Positions 12,803-25,682 of a stretch of 64,000 nucleotides of DNA are shown here, piece after piece. Numbering within the stretch: position 1 is the first letter of the stretch; every line of letters starts with the position of its first letter. This DNA comes from Haliotis cracherodii (lineage: Eukaryota): contig NW_027266286.1 of assembly GCF_022045235.1 (NCBI RefSeq), positions 1,255,856 to 1,319,855 of the forward strand, given 5' to 3'. The position numbers and the translations under genes were made by a program. The notes under the pieces were generated by a model, which was not told where the DNA came from, searched no databases, and was given only the letters and a program-made list of their open reading frames with translations.

Positions 12803-13465
12803 TCAATTCAAGCTGGGGGACACTACCCATCCGAGGATCAGGGCGTGTGTCAAATCTCCCACAAAGAAGCTGGGTTGAATATTGAGGCTGGTCAATAACC
12901 TTCTTCAGCTGTGTGCCACCACCTATTTGATTAAGCAGGGAAGCCCGACTAAAACTTCTCGTAGCTTGCATTTTTGAGCATTGGAACAGCTCCCCTACCG
13001 CAGGGAGTGGTGGTGGGGGTGGGGGTGGTGGCATTCTTCCTAATGCCGCTTTTCTGGGCATGGCCTCCTGTCTGACAGACTGCAGTGGCGGCGCAGCTCT
13101 GAAGAATGAATAGATGAATGAACATCCACCCCTACCTCTACCTCTATCCCCACCCCTACCTCTATCCCCAACCCCACCCCTACCTCTACCCCTACTCCCA
13201 CCCCCATCCCCACCTCCACCGTCATCAAACAATCCAAACCCCATATCTTCATCGTCTGACTCCTCTGACTCATCCAACTCGTCATCAAGGCAGCTGGCTG
13301 CCACGCTATCACCCAGGTTGGCTTGTACTGATTCTATGGCTGACGCAATGTCTAAGTCCCCAGTCTTAACCAACATGTCACGCATTCTACGTGGTTCCAA
13401 TTCTTCCAAATTCTCCTCAAAGGGTTCTTCTGGCAACAATTTGCCTGATAGCATATTGGTGGCAT
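12537..13465 (-). CDS. Coding-like exon or ORF, frame A. Encodes an acidic segment (..ASCLDDELDESEESDDEDMGFGLFDD), an RGG/Gly-Arg repeat, poly-Pro, a WH2-like motif (RSFSRASLLNQIGGGTQLKKV), and further poly-Pro runs.
   Basis: Excellent acceptor ttttttgttttag|AT at 13466-13467. Open frame to a stop at 12537. Same strand and inside the PARP4-like span. Could be a lineage-specific disordered PARP4 exon or a nested Pro-rich WH2-type gene. The composition partly follows C/G-rich low-complexity DNA, so the ORF may be over-extended. Confidence 0.4.
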
Positions 13466-16400
13466 CTAAAACAAAAAATGATTAAAAAAGACCATTTGTC
13501 AAGCGCTATCTCCATGCACATAACATGCTCGAAGTACAATGATAATGGGCGATCTTTTTCAATTTATCTTCCCTTCACTAACCCGCTAGGTGCGCTGACC
13601 CGGACGGTCCAACCTTAAACTGACGGCGCATGTGGTATGCGCGATACGAGCACTACTTGTTACTGTGACACCTATAGACAGTTAACTAGTATAACCTTCA
13701 CCTTTGTCGGCAACGGTCACACTTGTGTGTGGACAGCATATCTTTTCGCCTAAACAATGATTTATCTATTGCCATGTCCGGAAATATATGTTCCTTGATA
13801 TAATTATACATCAGGGATGACCACGACTGATTATATTGTATAGTTAACCACTAGATAGGCGTTCGAAGCGATGCGGTGAAATCAGCAGATCGTTCATCCC
13901 AGGTCGCTTTGTTGACGTTTTGCAATCGGCACGGAAAGTGTTGCCCTTGATGTATGAATATGAAAATTAAGTAGATTTTGTATACGTTCCTATATCTATG
14001 TTGTAGCATCGCCGAGCAGGCTACATCATATGCATGCATTTCAGTATGTACAACGGTGAGGCGATACGGTTACGCGAAATGTGAAGGTCTTATGCAACGT
14101 AAAGTTGCCCGTAGCCTCAATGTTGTGAATATTGACAGCAAGACATGTAAGTATTTGTCAGATATATAACAGAGAGCTCTGGTATTCTTTCAGGTTTGCA
14201 GAATCAATCAATTCATTGTGAAAACATTTTTAATTTCTTACATAAGTTACTTTGATCTTGATTAGATCAAAATAGATACAAATTAAATTGAGAAGATTAA
14301 ATTATGCAGTCTTATTCATTTCAGCCAGTCTCTCTAAAATCCAATCCTATTTTTCAGGCAATAATAAATGAATGAAAATTTAAGAAAAAATATACCTTGC
14401 CTGAGTGAATCAGTCAATATGCACAGTGACTAAAATCTTCAGTCAATATACATATTGGGCCTGTTTATAGACACTGACTGTAACATATGTAAGTATAATC
14501 TGTTACATGCAAAAACAAATAACATAAATAAATCCATTTATCTACTTTGAATGAATGTGGGGTTCAATTTGCATTTATTTAACCATCAGAAGATTTGATG
14601 ATAAACTTTCATATTCATATTTTCATATAAAATTCATATTTGCTATATGATAATAATATCTACAAAATATACTTTATACTACAGGTGTCTTGAAGTACTG
14701 TTGAATGAAAATCAGGATACTTAGATACAGCAGGATAGTGTGTTGGTTTGTATGGGAAATAATTTGTCAACATTAAAATAGATACAATGTTACTAAAACA
14801 AGAAAATAAAACAATGATTAAGTTCTATTTATGCATCATACACATTTTGTGGGGTAGTCAGTATAATTTGTTGTTTTTTGGGACACATCTCTGTAATTAA
14901 TTACTATTTTAAGAGCATGAGTATCAGAATTCTGTAAGAAATGATGGATCAACTAATTAACACCTGTGATGACTCAGAGCACTTAATGGTGGGACGTCAC
15001 ATGTTATAAGAGGCAGAATAATATGGGTAAATCTCTTATTTCAATGTATGATGACTGGTATGTATATTGCAACTGAGTAACTGAGTGCTTAGATCTAATA
15101 GATGCATGGTAGATGTTCATTTGGCCTATTTCTAAAAAAATAATATAAATTCAAATATTCAGATGCAACTTTAATTTTGATCTTAAAAGTAACATTTAAA
15201 ATCAGTTGTTTTATTATTTTTAACATTATTTGTTCTTAAAATATTTGTAAAGGTGCAGATGAATACTTACTATATAGATCACTGGTTAAGGCCTGTCAAA
15301 GTTGTCTGTGTGCTGCAAATGTTTGCGTATCACTAATTTTATTAAATTGAAGTCCATGGTAGTATTTGTTGAGATATGAATGCTTGAATTCTTGTGGGAA
15401 ATAACACAAAGGCTGATAAATAAAATGAGTTTGCATTATTTCATCGATGCAATATGTTAGCCCTGACTGACAGAATGCCTCGCTGTTTTCTGACGTAGAA
15501 AATACATTGGCAATATACCATTTTTCATGACCTTTTTCCCGCTATATTCCAAAGTGACAATTCGTCTTGTAGATGAAGACTCAACAGATGTTGATATTAT
15601 AAACTAATAATCACTACAAAATATGTGCTAGTTAAAAATATTCAGTTGTAAACGACCGTTTTTGAACGAAGGTGCAACAGGATAACTCTTTAGCTTGGCT
15701 CCGTCTCTACATGTCAGTAGTTGACGCAGCGTGCATAGATCCGGGAACCAGACCGGAAGCGACAGTTCGGTCCATCGCTTATATCATTTCAATAGGAGAG
15801 TTATTGCCCTTTGGAACAAAAAGATCGCCCATTATAGTAAAAAAAAACATTCCTTTAGAGGACTCAATGATGTCACTATTAAACACATTTTAAATGGAAA
15901 AATTGCCAGTGATTTCATGACATTTGAATAGCCAACCAAGAACGCCACCATACCGTTGTCTACAGTTTTGTGTGTATTTATAACTAAATGAGCATTCTGT
16001 GATGTTATAACTGTTGATTTATTTATTCAAAAGAATTGACTTCAGTTTGTGTTTTTACAGTTATGGAGGTACAACCGTAAAACCTGATGTTTGCACAGTC
16101 TGCACATCGGTTTTTATGTTTATTGCTCCATAAAAGTAAAATGAGTTTAAGTCAATTCTTAAATATCTATCTACCTCTGATAACAATATCTAGTGAGTGC
16201 TGTCTCTATATAGCGGTAGAATGAGGTTGACCCGTGAAGATCCGGGGTAGAATAGGTCTTCAGCAACCCCTACTACTTGCCGTAAAAGGCGACTATGCTT
16301 GTCGTAAGAGGCAACTAACAGGATCGGGTGTTCAGACTCACTGACTTGGTTGATGCATGTCATCGATCCTAGTTACATGGATCGATGCTCATGATGTCAA

Positions 16401-16744
16401 TCACTGGATTGTCTGGTAAAGACACGATTATTTACAGACCGCAGTCATAAAGCTGGATTATTGCTGAGAGCGGCGTTAAACAACAAACAAACGAACAAGA
16501 ATGAGGCTTTGAATGACTATAACATGACTCAAGGCACAACCAGGGATTAACCTTTCAGCTTCCACACAGGTTCATTAATCAAAAACATGATGCAGATTCT
16601 AAAAACATCAAAAACCACAATTATCACCAATTTAGAAACATATGCTTTTCAATGAATAATTCTACTTCAATGTTAAACTGAGTTCAGTGTCAGTGTTGGG
16701 AGTCCGAGACGTGATGGAGCCATGCCATGTGGGCAGTAGACTGG

Positions 16745-17020
16745 GAGTGAGTAAGTGAGTGAGGGAGGTGGGTTTAACCCCGCTTTTAACAGTATTCCAG
16801 CTTCATGTGGGAGGAAAGCCAGATGTGATGCAGGTCTCAGACGTTTACCACTTCGGTGAAACCCACGAGTACAGGTACGGTGCTGACAAACCTAGAAACA
16901 TAATCAGGGCGAACCGGGATTCGAACCCTCAATCATAGGTTTCTGGCATGCCCAAGGGATGCAATTCTGCGCAGAGAATTGCGGCACATTAGACGACTGG
17001 GCCACCTGTGCCCCCCCTAT
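16745..17020 (-). mobile_element. SINE family B copy.
   Basis: Sequence identity to the other family B copies. Confidence 0.75.
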
Positions 17021-17679
17021 TGCAATACAGCTGTCTAAAGTGTGATATATTACAACAAAAATCAACTATTACTGAGTACCCTTAGAATTGGCAAGGTCAA
17101 GGTGAGAATCAAGGTGAAGTTCAAGGTGAGGTCAAGGCAAATTAACCTCAACCATTGGGGCCTATTACAAACCGTATTGCAATGCGATAGACATTCTTGT
17201 ATGAATTTGCAACAAATAATTACCATCCTCAGTGTCTTCGGAAGTTGCATATACTCCAGCATAACCTCTTCTTCTGCAACGAAGCAAAATATTTGAGTAT
17301 ATCATGTCTCAGAATAATCAATATTGATATGTTATTGATATGTTGTGATGGATGTAAGGGTCAAGACATGAGGGACATAAATACAACATGCAAGGTCTGA
17401 TGAATTTGGATATGATGCTAGGGACATGTCCTCATCAACACTGTCATAAGGCAGTGTAATTTATTGTTAAACAATGTTGTAATTGTATAACAATGTTTCT
17501 GCTGAGATTCAGTAGAAGTTGATAGCATTGTGTTTTGACAATAATTAAATCTCAGGAATGTATTACCATCTAATGTAAGCAATGATGTGGAAGTTGCTTT
17601 ATCAGCCCAAACTGGCTCCCACAGAAAGATATCCTTGGGTGAGATCAAGTGATTTCTACATTGTAGATATCCCTGTAAT

Positions 17680-17990
17680 AAAATTGCATCACAATGCATT
17701 TACAGACCATTGTGATGTCATTGGTTACCATGACATCACAATCAAATGACATCAATAATGGCGCTGCTTAGATATAGTGAAGCTGTTAGCAGTACTTTTT
17801 ACATTAAAGACACTGCTTTTTACTGTCTACAAAACTAAAAAGTTGAAAGAATGATGTTGGGTGATAAATAAAATCTCACCCTCGTTTTTTTAATATCAAA
17901 TATATCAAAACTCGTTGATAAAAGTGGAAAAACTCCTCGGCAAGCCTTGGAGTTTTTCAAATTTTATCAACTCCCAATCTATCGGTGATT
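17680..17990. repeat. Dispersed repeat family D copy, about 300 bp with an internal palindrome atcacaatg..cattgtgat. The second copy is at 35440-35760.
   Basis: About 80 percent identity between the two copies, including flanking ..cccacag.aagatatc..gggtgagatcaag. Confidence 0.6.
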
Positions 17991-19134
17991 ATGTTAAAAC
18001 ATACTCAATAATATAATGGAAAAGAATTTTGATGATTGGAATAAATAGCATCTTAAATGACTGTTTAAATAATATATTCTGATATGGTGTTATTTCAATT
18101 GCAGGTTTTACCAAAGATCTTCTAGATAAAGATTACCATAACCAGGGCCACCTTTGTGAATTGTCGGAGACTTTTTTTTGCATTGAAAAATTTGATAAAA
18201 AAACATTAAGGTTTCGCCCGAATTCGTTATTTCCATCGCAGAAACAATTATGGTGACATTTAATTGTCAAACTACAACAAATATAACTTTTAAGAAGTCA
18301 AAGTATGGCAGTTATGTATATATCTATCCATTTTCTGTCAACTAAGGTTTGTTTCAAGGTGTCAGTAGCGGTAATATGATCGTGGTTGCTGTAAATAATG
18401 GTGAGTTGGTAAAGCAGACCTTATGGAACGGGGTAAACGGAAGTTGTAACTACCAGATGGACACCAAATTTAGTGTAAATCTTATTGAATGACAGTTTGA
18501 TAAAAATGAATAAAATGGATTACTGGGGTACGTAGATTATAAACCTGAGTCCAGATATAGAATTAAACAGTTTTTATTACTGATGGTGTAACGACAGGAT
18601 TAACTTGCGTAATTCAATACAGACTTGTTGATAATCTATTTCCGATGACAGATCATGACTAGACATAGTTTTAGGTTGGAGGTCCGGCTTATCTATAGCA
18701 CATAATATTTTGATACAGTTCTAAAGGAACCAGTTAATACCTCGGCTTATCTATGAGATCAGCTTATCTCCGGTCATATACAGTATAAAAGTGGGGCAAG
18801 AGCGTGCCTCTCTCATCTCTCGGGGCATTTATGTTGTTTTTGCAACGCTGTGTACAAGGCTGAAGATTGGAGAGGTGATCATGGCACAATGTTTCCACAT
18901 TCAGTATTTAAGGTTCTACTGGAAGTATTCATATCTCACAAATAAGTATTTGGACAAAATGGCATTGGGCAGCCATACATATTTTTCAATTATGCCTTGA
19001 ACAATGACGAAATTTCCATGAAGTTCAAGTAATCTCAACCTCTAAACCTGTTTTTCGAATCAAAGATGTCTGCCTGGCAGCCATGCTGAATACCTTGAAC
19101 ATGACCTTATTTCATCCTGTCATCCATTTCTGCA

Positions 19135-19320
19135 TAGTTCTCAGCTAAAATATGTTTACAGAGTATTGACCTGATATATACTTACAGAGTTCTGGCCTGA
19201 TGTATATTTACAGAGTATTGACCTTTTATATACTTACAGAGTATTGACCTGATATATATTTTCAGGGTATTGACCTTATATATATTTATAGAGTATTGAC
19301 CTGATTATATATACCGTAAG
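19135..19320. repeat. 30-bp minisatellite, about 6 units (gagtattgacctgatatatacttaca).
   Basis: Direct periodicity. Confidence 0.8.
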
Positions 19321-19559
19321 TTCCTGGTACATCTAAGGAAAGCTACTCTGCACGGTGAATTGTTGTGCCTTAGACAACTGGGCCAACTGGGCCCCCTACA
19401 ATAGTTAGAAGTGTGAAACAACCTGAAACGGTGTGACATGCTTGGTGGTTCCTCATCAAAAGAATCGTCGTCACATAACTCCAAGTCAAAGTCCAAATCC
19501 TCATCGCTGTTTCCCAGTCCAAAGTAGCCCCCTGACTCCTCCACAATGTCCATCTGCAC

Positions 19560-20880
19560 ATCTGTTCACACAAGATATCTCAGTCAACATCTACACATGG
19601 ATATCTCAGTCAACATCTACACATGGATATCTCAGTCAACATCTACACATGGATACTGCCTACATCCACACAGGGATATTGCCTACATCTACACATGGAT
19701 ATTGCCTACATCTACACATGGATATTGACCTACATCTACACATGGATATTGACCTACATCTACACATGGGTATTGCCTACATCTACACATGGATACTGAC
19801 CTACATCTACACATGGATATTGACCTACATCTACACATAGATACTGACCTACATCTACACAGATACTGACCTACATCTACACATGGATATTGACCTACAT
19901 CTACACATGGATATTGACCCACGTCTACACATGGATATTGACCTACATCTACAAGATATTGACCTACATCTACACATGGATATTGACCTACGTCTACACA
20001 TGGATATTGACCTACATCTACACATAGACCTTGACTTTTATCTACACATGGATATTATCCTACAGTGTTAAAGGGGATCTGTGCTTCTCACTGTCAACAT
20101 CTACATATGGATATTATCCTACAGTGTTAAAGGGGGTCTGTGCTTCTCACTATCAACATCTACATATGGATATTATCCTACAGTGTTAAAGGGGGTCTGT
20201 GCTTCTCACTGTCAACATCTACATATGGATATAATCCTACAGTGTTAAAGGGGATCTGTGCTCCTCACTGTCAACATCTACATATGGATATTATCCTACA
20301 GTGTTAAAGGGGATCTGTGGTTCTCACTGTCAACATCTACATATGGATATTATCCTATAGTGTTAAAGGGGGTCTGTGCTTCTCACTGTCAACACCTACA
20401 TATGGATATTATCCTAGTGTTAAAGGAGATCTGTGCTTCTCACTGTCAACATCTACACATGGATATTATCCTACAGTGTTAAAGGAGATCTGTGCTTCTC
20501 ACTGTCAACATCTACACATAGACCTTGACTTTTATCTACATATGGATATTATCCTACAGTGTTAAAGGGGATCTGTGCTTCTCACTGTCAACATCTACAT
20601 ATGGATATTATCCTACAGTGTTAAAGGAGATCTGTGCTTCTCACTGTCAACATCTACACATGGATATTATCCTACAGTGTTAAAGGGGATCTGTGCTTCT
20701 CACTGTCAACATCTACACATGGATATTATCCTACAGTGTAAAAGGGGGTCTGTGCTTCTCACTGTCAACATCTACACATGGATATTATCCTACAGTGTTA
20801 AAGGGGGTCTGTGCTTCTCACTGTCAACATCTACATATGGATATTATCCTACAGTGTTAAAGGGGGTCTGTGCCCTAATT
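19560..20880. repeat. Compound satellite: a 24-bp unit (atctacacatggatattgacctac), about 20 copies at 19560-20040, then a 59-bp unit (..atggatattatcctacagtgttaaaggggatctgtgcttctcactgtcaacatctac), about 14 copies.
   Basis: Direct periodicity. The plus and minus ORFs at 19433-20886 are repeat artefacts. Confidence 0.9.
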
Positions 20881-22429
20881 AATTAATGCCATTGTTTGTG
20901 TGTCATCACTAACTGCCAGACATGATTCAATACACAAACAAACAAAGAAGCAGCACCTCCAATTTGCCTTTTTTAAGGACTTATGTTCATCTTTTGAAAA
21001 AAATCAATCAACCGGGTAATACTTTCCAAATAGGAACCTAAGGAACATAATTAGGGCGAACCGGGATTTGAACCCACAATCAGAGGTTTCTGGTGTGCCC
21101 AAGGGACACAACTCTACTCAGCAAATCGCGGCGCCTTAGACAACTGGGCCACCGTGCCCCCCATTCAGTCAAAGAGAATGTACAGCATTAATGCCCTGTT
21201 CTGTAGGCCCTGGGTTTTAGGACTGCCATGCCTGAGATAGTCATGGAACCTCCACAGGCAAACACTTTTCCGTTAACGTGTGATAAACTGTTTTACTTTC
21301 TGACATTCTTAACGCAAAATGCCCATGTATTGCTTTTAAACCTTGTTTAACGGTGAATATTGATGAAACTTTAGAATTAAATCCAGGGAAGGATGTAGAT
21401 CATAATAAAAAAATGTGTTTTATGATTTTCAACACTGGCCATTATACAGGGAACACCTTAGGTCACAGCATGAATCTCTTGAGAGTATATTTGTCTATTT
21501 GTTTTTAAACACCACACTCAGCGACATTCCATAAACAGTGTTGTGTAAAAATCTTGAATTACTAGAAAAATCATGATAGGAGCAAAATATCATTACCGTG
21601 CTTTGCCAAAGGAAACGATGACTCTTCCTGGAAAGAAAATCAGTAATTATGGAAACATTCAATTTTCTCTTAACTTACAATTGAATCTCAGATTCTAAGT
21701 GGCTGAGACCCATTCTATTAGTTTCAATGTACCCCGCTAACATGTAAGGTATATTTCTTAAGTTCCCCGCTCGAATTACTAAACTGCTGACATAACATTT
21801 GCAACATGCCAACTGCTATTCCGTATCTTGAATTAATGATGTAAGACGAAATTTCTCAAAAGCAGTATGACTGTTCTGTTCTGTTTGTTATTTAACGCCC
21901 TACTTAGCAATATTCCAGCTATATGATGGCGGTCTGTAAATAATCGAGTCTGGACCAGACAATCCAGTGATTGACATCATAAGCATCAATCCACATAATT
22001 GGGTTACAAACAAGTCAGCTAGCCTGACCTCCCGATCCTGTCAGTCGCCTCTTACGACAAGCATAGTCGCCTCTTACGACAAGCATGGGTTGCTGAAGAC
22101 CTATTCATGCCCGGATCTTCACGGGTCAGTATAACTGTAAGAAAATATAACAACTGTAAAAGAGGCTTGATTGAGTGAGTTTGAATGGGCAGTGATGAAC
22201 GAAGATGGGGGGACTCTGAATTATTTTGTACTGTCTTCCATAAATAATAACTGAGAACATATAAACCTCAACAGGTCAAGTGAAAATACTGCAGAACGAG
22301 GACAAAATATTATCTGCTTGTCCTGCAGGGCACGTACGGTTTAAGACATTCTAAGAGCCCTGGTGTTACTGTTAGAAACATTTCACCAGGAATAAGGGAC
22401 CAATCTCTTGTCCTCCATATCATGTGATA

Positions 22430-23045
22430 CAGGTTTCCTACACAGAGTTGTCCCAAACAAACAACATGTAACCAGCCTGGATGGCTAGGTTCCCGACACA
22501 GAGTTGTCCCAAACAAACAACATGTAACCAGCCTGGATGGCTAGGTTCCCGACACAGAGTTGTCCCAAACAAACAACATGTAACCAGCCTGGATGGCTAG
22601 GTTCCCGACACAGAGTTGTCCCAAACAAACAACATGTAACCAGCCTGGATGGCTAGATTCCCGACACAGAGTTGTCCCAAACAAACAACATGTAACCAGC
22701 CTGGATGGCTAGGTTCCCGACACAGAGTTGTCCCAAACAAACAACATGTAACCAGCCTGGATGGCTAGGTTCCCGACACAGAGTTGTCCCAAACAAACAA
22801 CATGTAACCAGCCTGGATGGCTAGGTTCCCGACACAGAGTTGTCCCAAACAAACAACATGTAACCAGCCTGGATGGCTAGGTTCCCGACACAGAGTTGTC
22901 ACAAACAAACAACATGTAACCAGCCTGGATGGCTAGGTTCCCGACACAGAGTTGTCCCAAACAAACAACATGTAACCAGCCTGGATGGCTAGGTTCCCGA
23001 CACAGAGTTGTCACAAACAAACAACATGTAACCAGCCTGGATGGC
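22430..23045. repeat. 58-bp minisatellite, about 10.5 units (ggttcccgacacagagttgtcccaaacaaacaacatgtaaccagcctggatggcta).
   Basis: Direct periodicity. Confidence 0.9.
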
Positions 23046-23189
23046 TAGGTTTCAACTCCATCAGATTCAAGGCAAAGCTATTCTTTCAAAGTGACGTCTG
23101 GGTACAGATCACCACCATTGCCTGTTCTTTCTGTTGTTTAATCTCCGCTGGATAACCATGTCCAAGTCAGTGATTGGTTGCGGTTCTTG

Positions 23190-23520
23190 CATCAGGACCG
23201 AGGACGTCACATTCAAGATTGTCGCATCCAAGATATATAGCGACGTGTGCATGCATGTGTGCCTCACTGCTTGTACTAGTCCGGACTGATGCTGATTTTA
23301 TAGTGCTAGCTCACTGAGGTACCATGCCGCAGTTTAACATCAAAACCCCACTCATAAACAGTATACTGACTCCGAGCCGATCAGTCCTTGTTTTAGCCCC
23401 TTTATGACGATCACCAGACAGGGTAACAGCAAGTACCATTTTTTAGTGTGACATCTTTTGGTATGACGCGGCCGGCAATCGAACCCTGGACCTTCTGCTA
23501 TCCACTAGACCACGGAGGTG
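23190..23520 (-). mobile_element. Repeat family E copy, ending in a truncated tRNA-like tail (..GTGGTCTAGTGGATAGCAGAAGGTCCAGGGTTCGATTGCCGG on minus).
   Basis: About 85 percent similar to 37850-38110. tRNA D-arm and T-arm motifs are present but the anticodon arm is missing. Confidence 0.6.
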
Positions 23521-23649
23521 GTCATGTCACATTGAACATAAAGAAGTTCAAACCATACATTAACTCTGTCTTCCTCCATACTAAAGCTTCTTAAAATGCC
23601 CCAAAAGATACGGACCTTATCGTAATAGAATGGAGACATAATACACTAC

Positions 23650-23793
23650 CATCTCCATTTCCATCAACGCCTCCTCCTCCTCTGCCTCTTTGTCCACCTC
23701 CCAGCTGACGTACTCAAGGATGTCCATGCTATGACCCTCCACCAGCTCAATCATACTGGTGCCTTGTGACTTCCGCAGGCCTTTCTTCTCATC
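23650..23793 (-). CDS. PARP4: PARP4-like exon 26 (DEKKGLRKSQGTSMIELVEGHSMDILEYVSWEVDKEAEEEEALMEMEM).
   Basis: Acceptor catttgccag|GAT, donor ATG|gtagtg. Resembles human PKVSELIAKEDVDFLPYMSWQGEPQEAV. Confidence 0.7.
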
Positions 23794-24417
23794 CTGGCAA
23801 ATGACACAAAGGTTACCTCAGTCAAAACTTTACTTGTTCCAAGTTAAATTGACTGTCCAAGTCCACCAATATCAGACCCCAGAACGGTAACAAAATTGTC
23901 CCACACCCCTCTTAAGAGAAACAAAAATGGGACGATCTAGACAGACATTACGCCAATGTCAAACATGGCCACAGAATCTGCAGCAATTCTGCCAAGCTCT
24001 TCCAGCAGATTGAACAGCGATTCCACAAGATGTCAATTACAAGCTTCTTGGTTCCATGGGCAAGATGTGTCGAACTGTATGGCTGACTAAAAACTACTTT
24101 GTCTCAAACAAAGCTCCATAGTTCACCCATAATAGTAAACGGTTGGCCCCTGGATCCACTGAGGCCATAATTGTAACATTTAGATAACTGTGTGAGTGAA
24201 TGAAGTTTTTACTAGGTCTCCAGTGAGCACATGGTCTATACAGGAAGTTAGATGGGAGTAGGCTCCCTTAGATACTAGTAATACATGCACTGTCTAACAA
24301 CTGTGCCCAACACATTTAATTACCTATGAATTTCTACTGAAGTTATGCCAATTACAATTCTATAAGTACCTGAAACTACATTGCTTACTACTTATTTAAT
24401 TCAAAGAAAATACTCAC

Positions 24418-24519
24418 CTCATCTCTGGTTTCTATGGCAACAAAGCTGGTGAACTGAGTAACGATGGAGTACTGCTTGCTCAGGTCAATCACATAATTCT
24501 TCAGATTCTGTTTCAAAAT
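24418..24519 (-). CDS. PARP4: PARP4-like exon 25 (ILKQNLKNYVIDLSKQYSIVTQFTSFVAIETRDE).
   Basis: Acceptor tgttgtag|ATT, donor GAG|gtgagt. Human has MKKQTLKSLIIKLSKENSLITQFTSFVAVEKRDE. Confidence 0.9.
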
Positions 24520-25120
24520 CTACAACATATAATATTTGTCTTTGCTCAAGTTTGGGAAGAATTTCCGCACAAATTAGACAGGCGAAAGCAGCGGCCATAA
24601 AGCAGCAGCTGGATGTTGATCTTGTAAAACATTCTCTGATTGGACTATCAATATGTGCAAAAGTCCTATCCCAAGGGAGTCTGTTCTAGCACAGAAAAGT
24701 CGGCTTGAATGGGAGAGGGTGAAAAATAGACCTTGATAAAGGCGAGTGAACACTCTTGCCTTGAGAAGATGAAAGACATGTACACCTACAACAAAAGAGC
24801 TCTCCAGTGTATTTTCTTGTGTTATTAACAAGTCTTCTTAATGTTTCCAAAGTAAAACCATAATGTTCCTTAAAAAATGCAGTTTGACTTTTTGTGAAAT
24901 GTTAAATATCAAGAGGATCGTCCATAAATTTCCCTCAAAACAACTCTAATAGCATCATCTATTGTGCCTCATGTTTCTTTCCATATTCACAAAGAAATCA
25001 GTGAGAAAAATTAAACTGGTTTGGCTTTACAATGATTTGAGATGGGCTCAAAATATTAAACTAATTAGTTAATTTTTTCAGTTTTGCTGAAATGTAGTGA
25101 CAGTGCATCTTAAGACCGAC

Positions 25121-25201
25121 CTCGTGCTGGGTGCGATCTGCTGACAGCACTCCATCCTCCCAGTCCCGTATCAGGGCTCGCGCCGTGAGGCGGTGAACGA
25201 T
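25121..25201 (-). CDS. PARP4: PARP4-like exon 24 (IVHRLTARALIRDWEDGVLSADRTQHE).
   Basis: Acceptor cttgattacag|ATC, donor GAG|gtcggt. Human has MIHKLAARALIRDYEDGILHENETSHE. Confidence 0.85.
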
Positions 25202-25598
25202 CTGTAATCAAGACATAGAATGGTCAGATGATACCAGGTAAAGATGTTTTTCATTGTCGGGATACCAACAACACGTTGCATTAAGATTCTGGATCACTGG
25301 TCCAAAAAAGGGAGGCATCTCTGCACAAAAAAAGTTGCTTCTAAAGACTTTTATTTTATTTGATTGTGACATATGATAAATGATAATAATAAACAATACA
25401 ATAGTAACAGAAAAAGTAACTGTGCTTCATATAAAGTAGTGTAAATGTTATGTTATTAAAAATAACAACATAGCATTTGGTCATTAGTCTGATCAATGTT
25501 TTATAATAACAACTTCATTGACAAAGCACATTCTTAATGTCAGTTCTTAAATGAACAATTAAATTGTTTATCCAAATATCCCACAAGGAATAACATAC

Positions 25599-25682
25599 AT
25601 TGGGCCCTGTGGTCTCGATGGTCATTGCTTGCAATGGAACAAGCTGATTCAATTCAGAATGTTGTACAAATTGCAGCACCAT
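25599..25682 (-). CDS. PARP4: PARP4-like exon 23 (MVLQFVQHSELNQLVPLQAMTIETTGPN).
   Basis: Donor AAT|gtatgt is strong. The acceptor ..cgccag|ATG is weak, with a purine-rich upstream. Placement is by position and phase between exons 22 and 24; similarity to human LCALIQEKEFRTMVSTTELQKTTGTM is loose. Confidence 0.5.

Noticed and set aside
13225-13290. MGFGLFDD motif resembling the conserved C-terminus of ribosomal stalk P proteins
   Set aside because: It is internal to a longer open frame with no stop after it and no other ribosomal P features. Treated as an acidic short motif, not an RPLP gene.
19433-20886. Several plus and minus ORFs with HMDIDLHL / YPCVDVGQ repeats
   Set aside because: Frame translations of the 24-bp and 59-bp satellites. 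The exception is the minus-strand frame at 19440-19560 just outside the array, kept as a low-confidence candidate in the findings.
24574-24831. 85-aa minus ORF containing LITQ..SFVV, superficially like the conserved LITQFTSFVAV motif
   Set aside because: The genuine motif exon was found at 24418-24519 (SIVTQFTSFVAIETRDE) with clean splice sites. This ORF lacks a usable acceptor and has a 6-aa insertion inside the motif.
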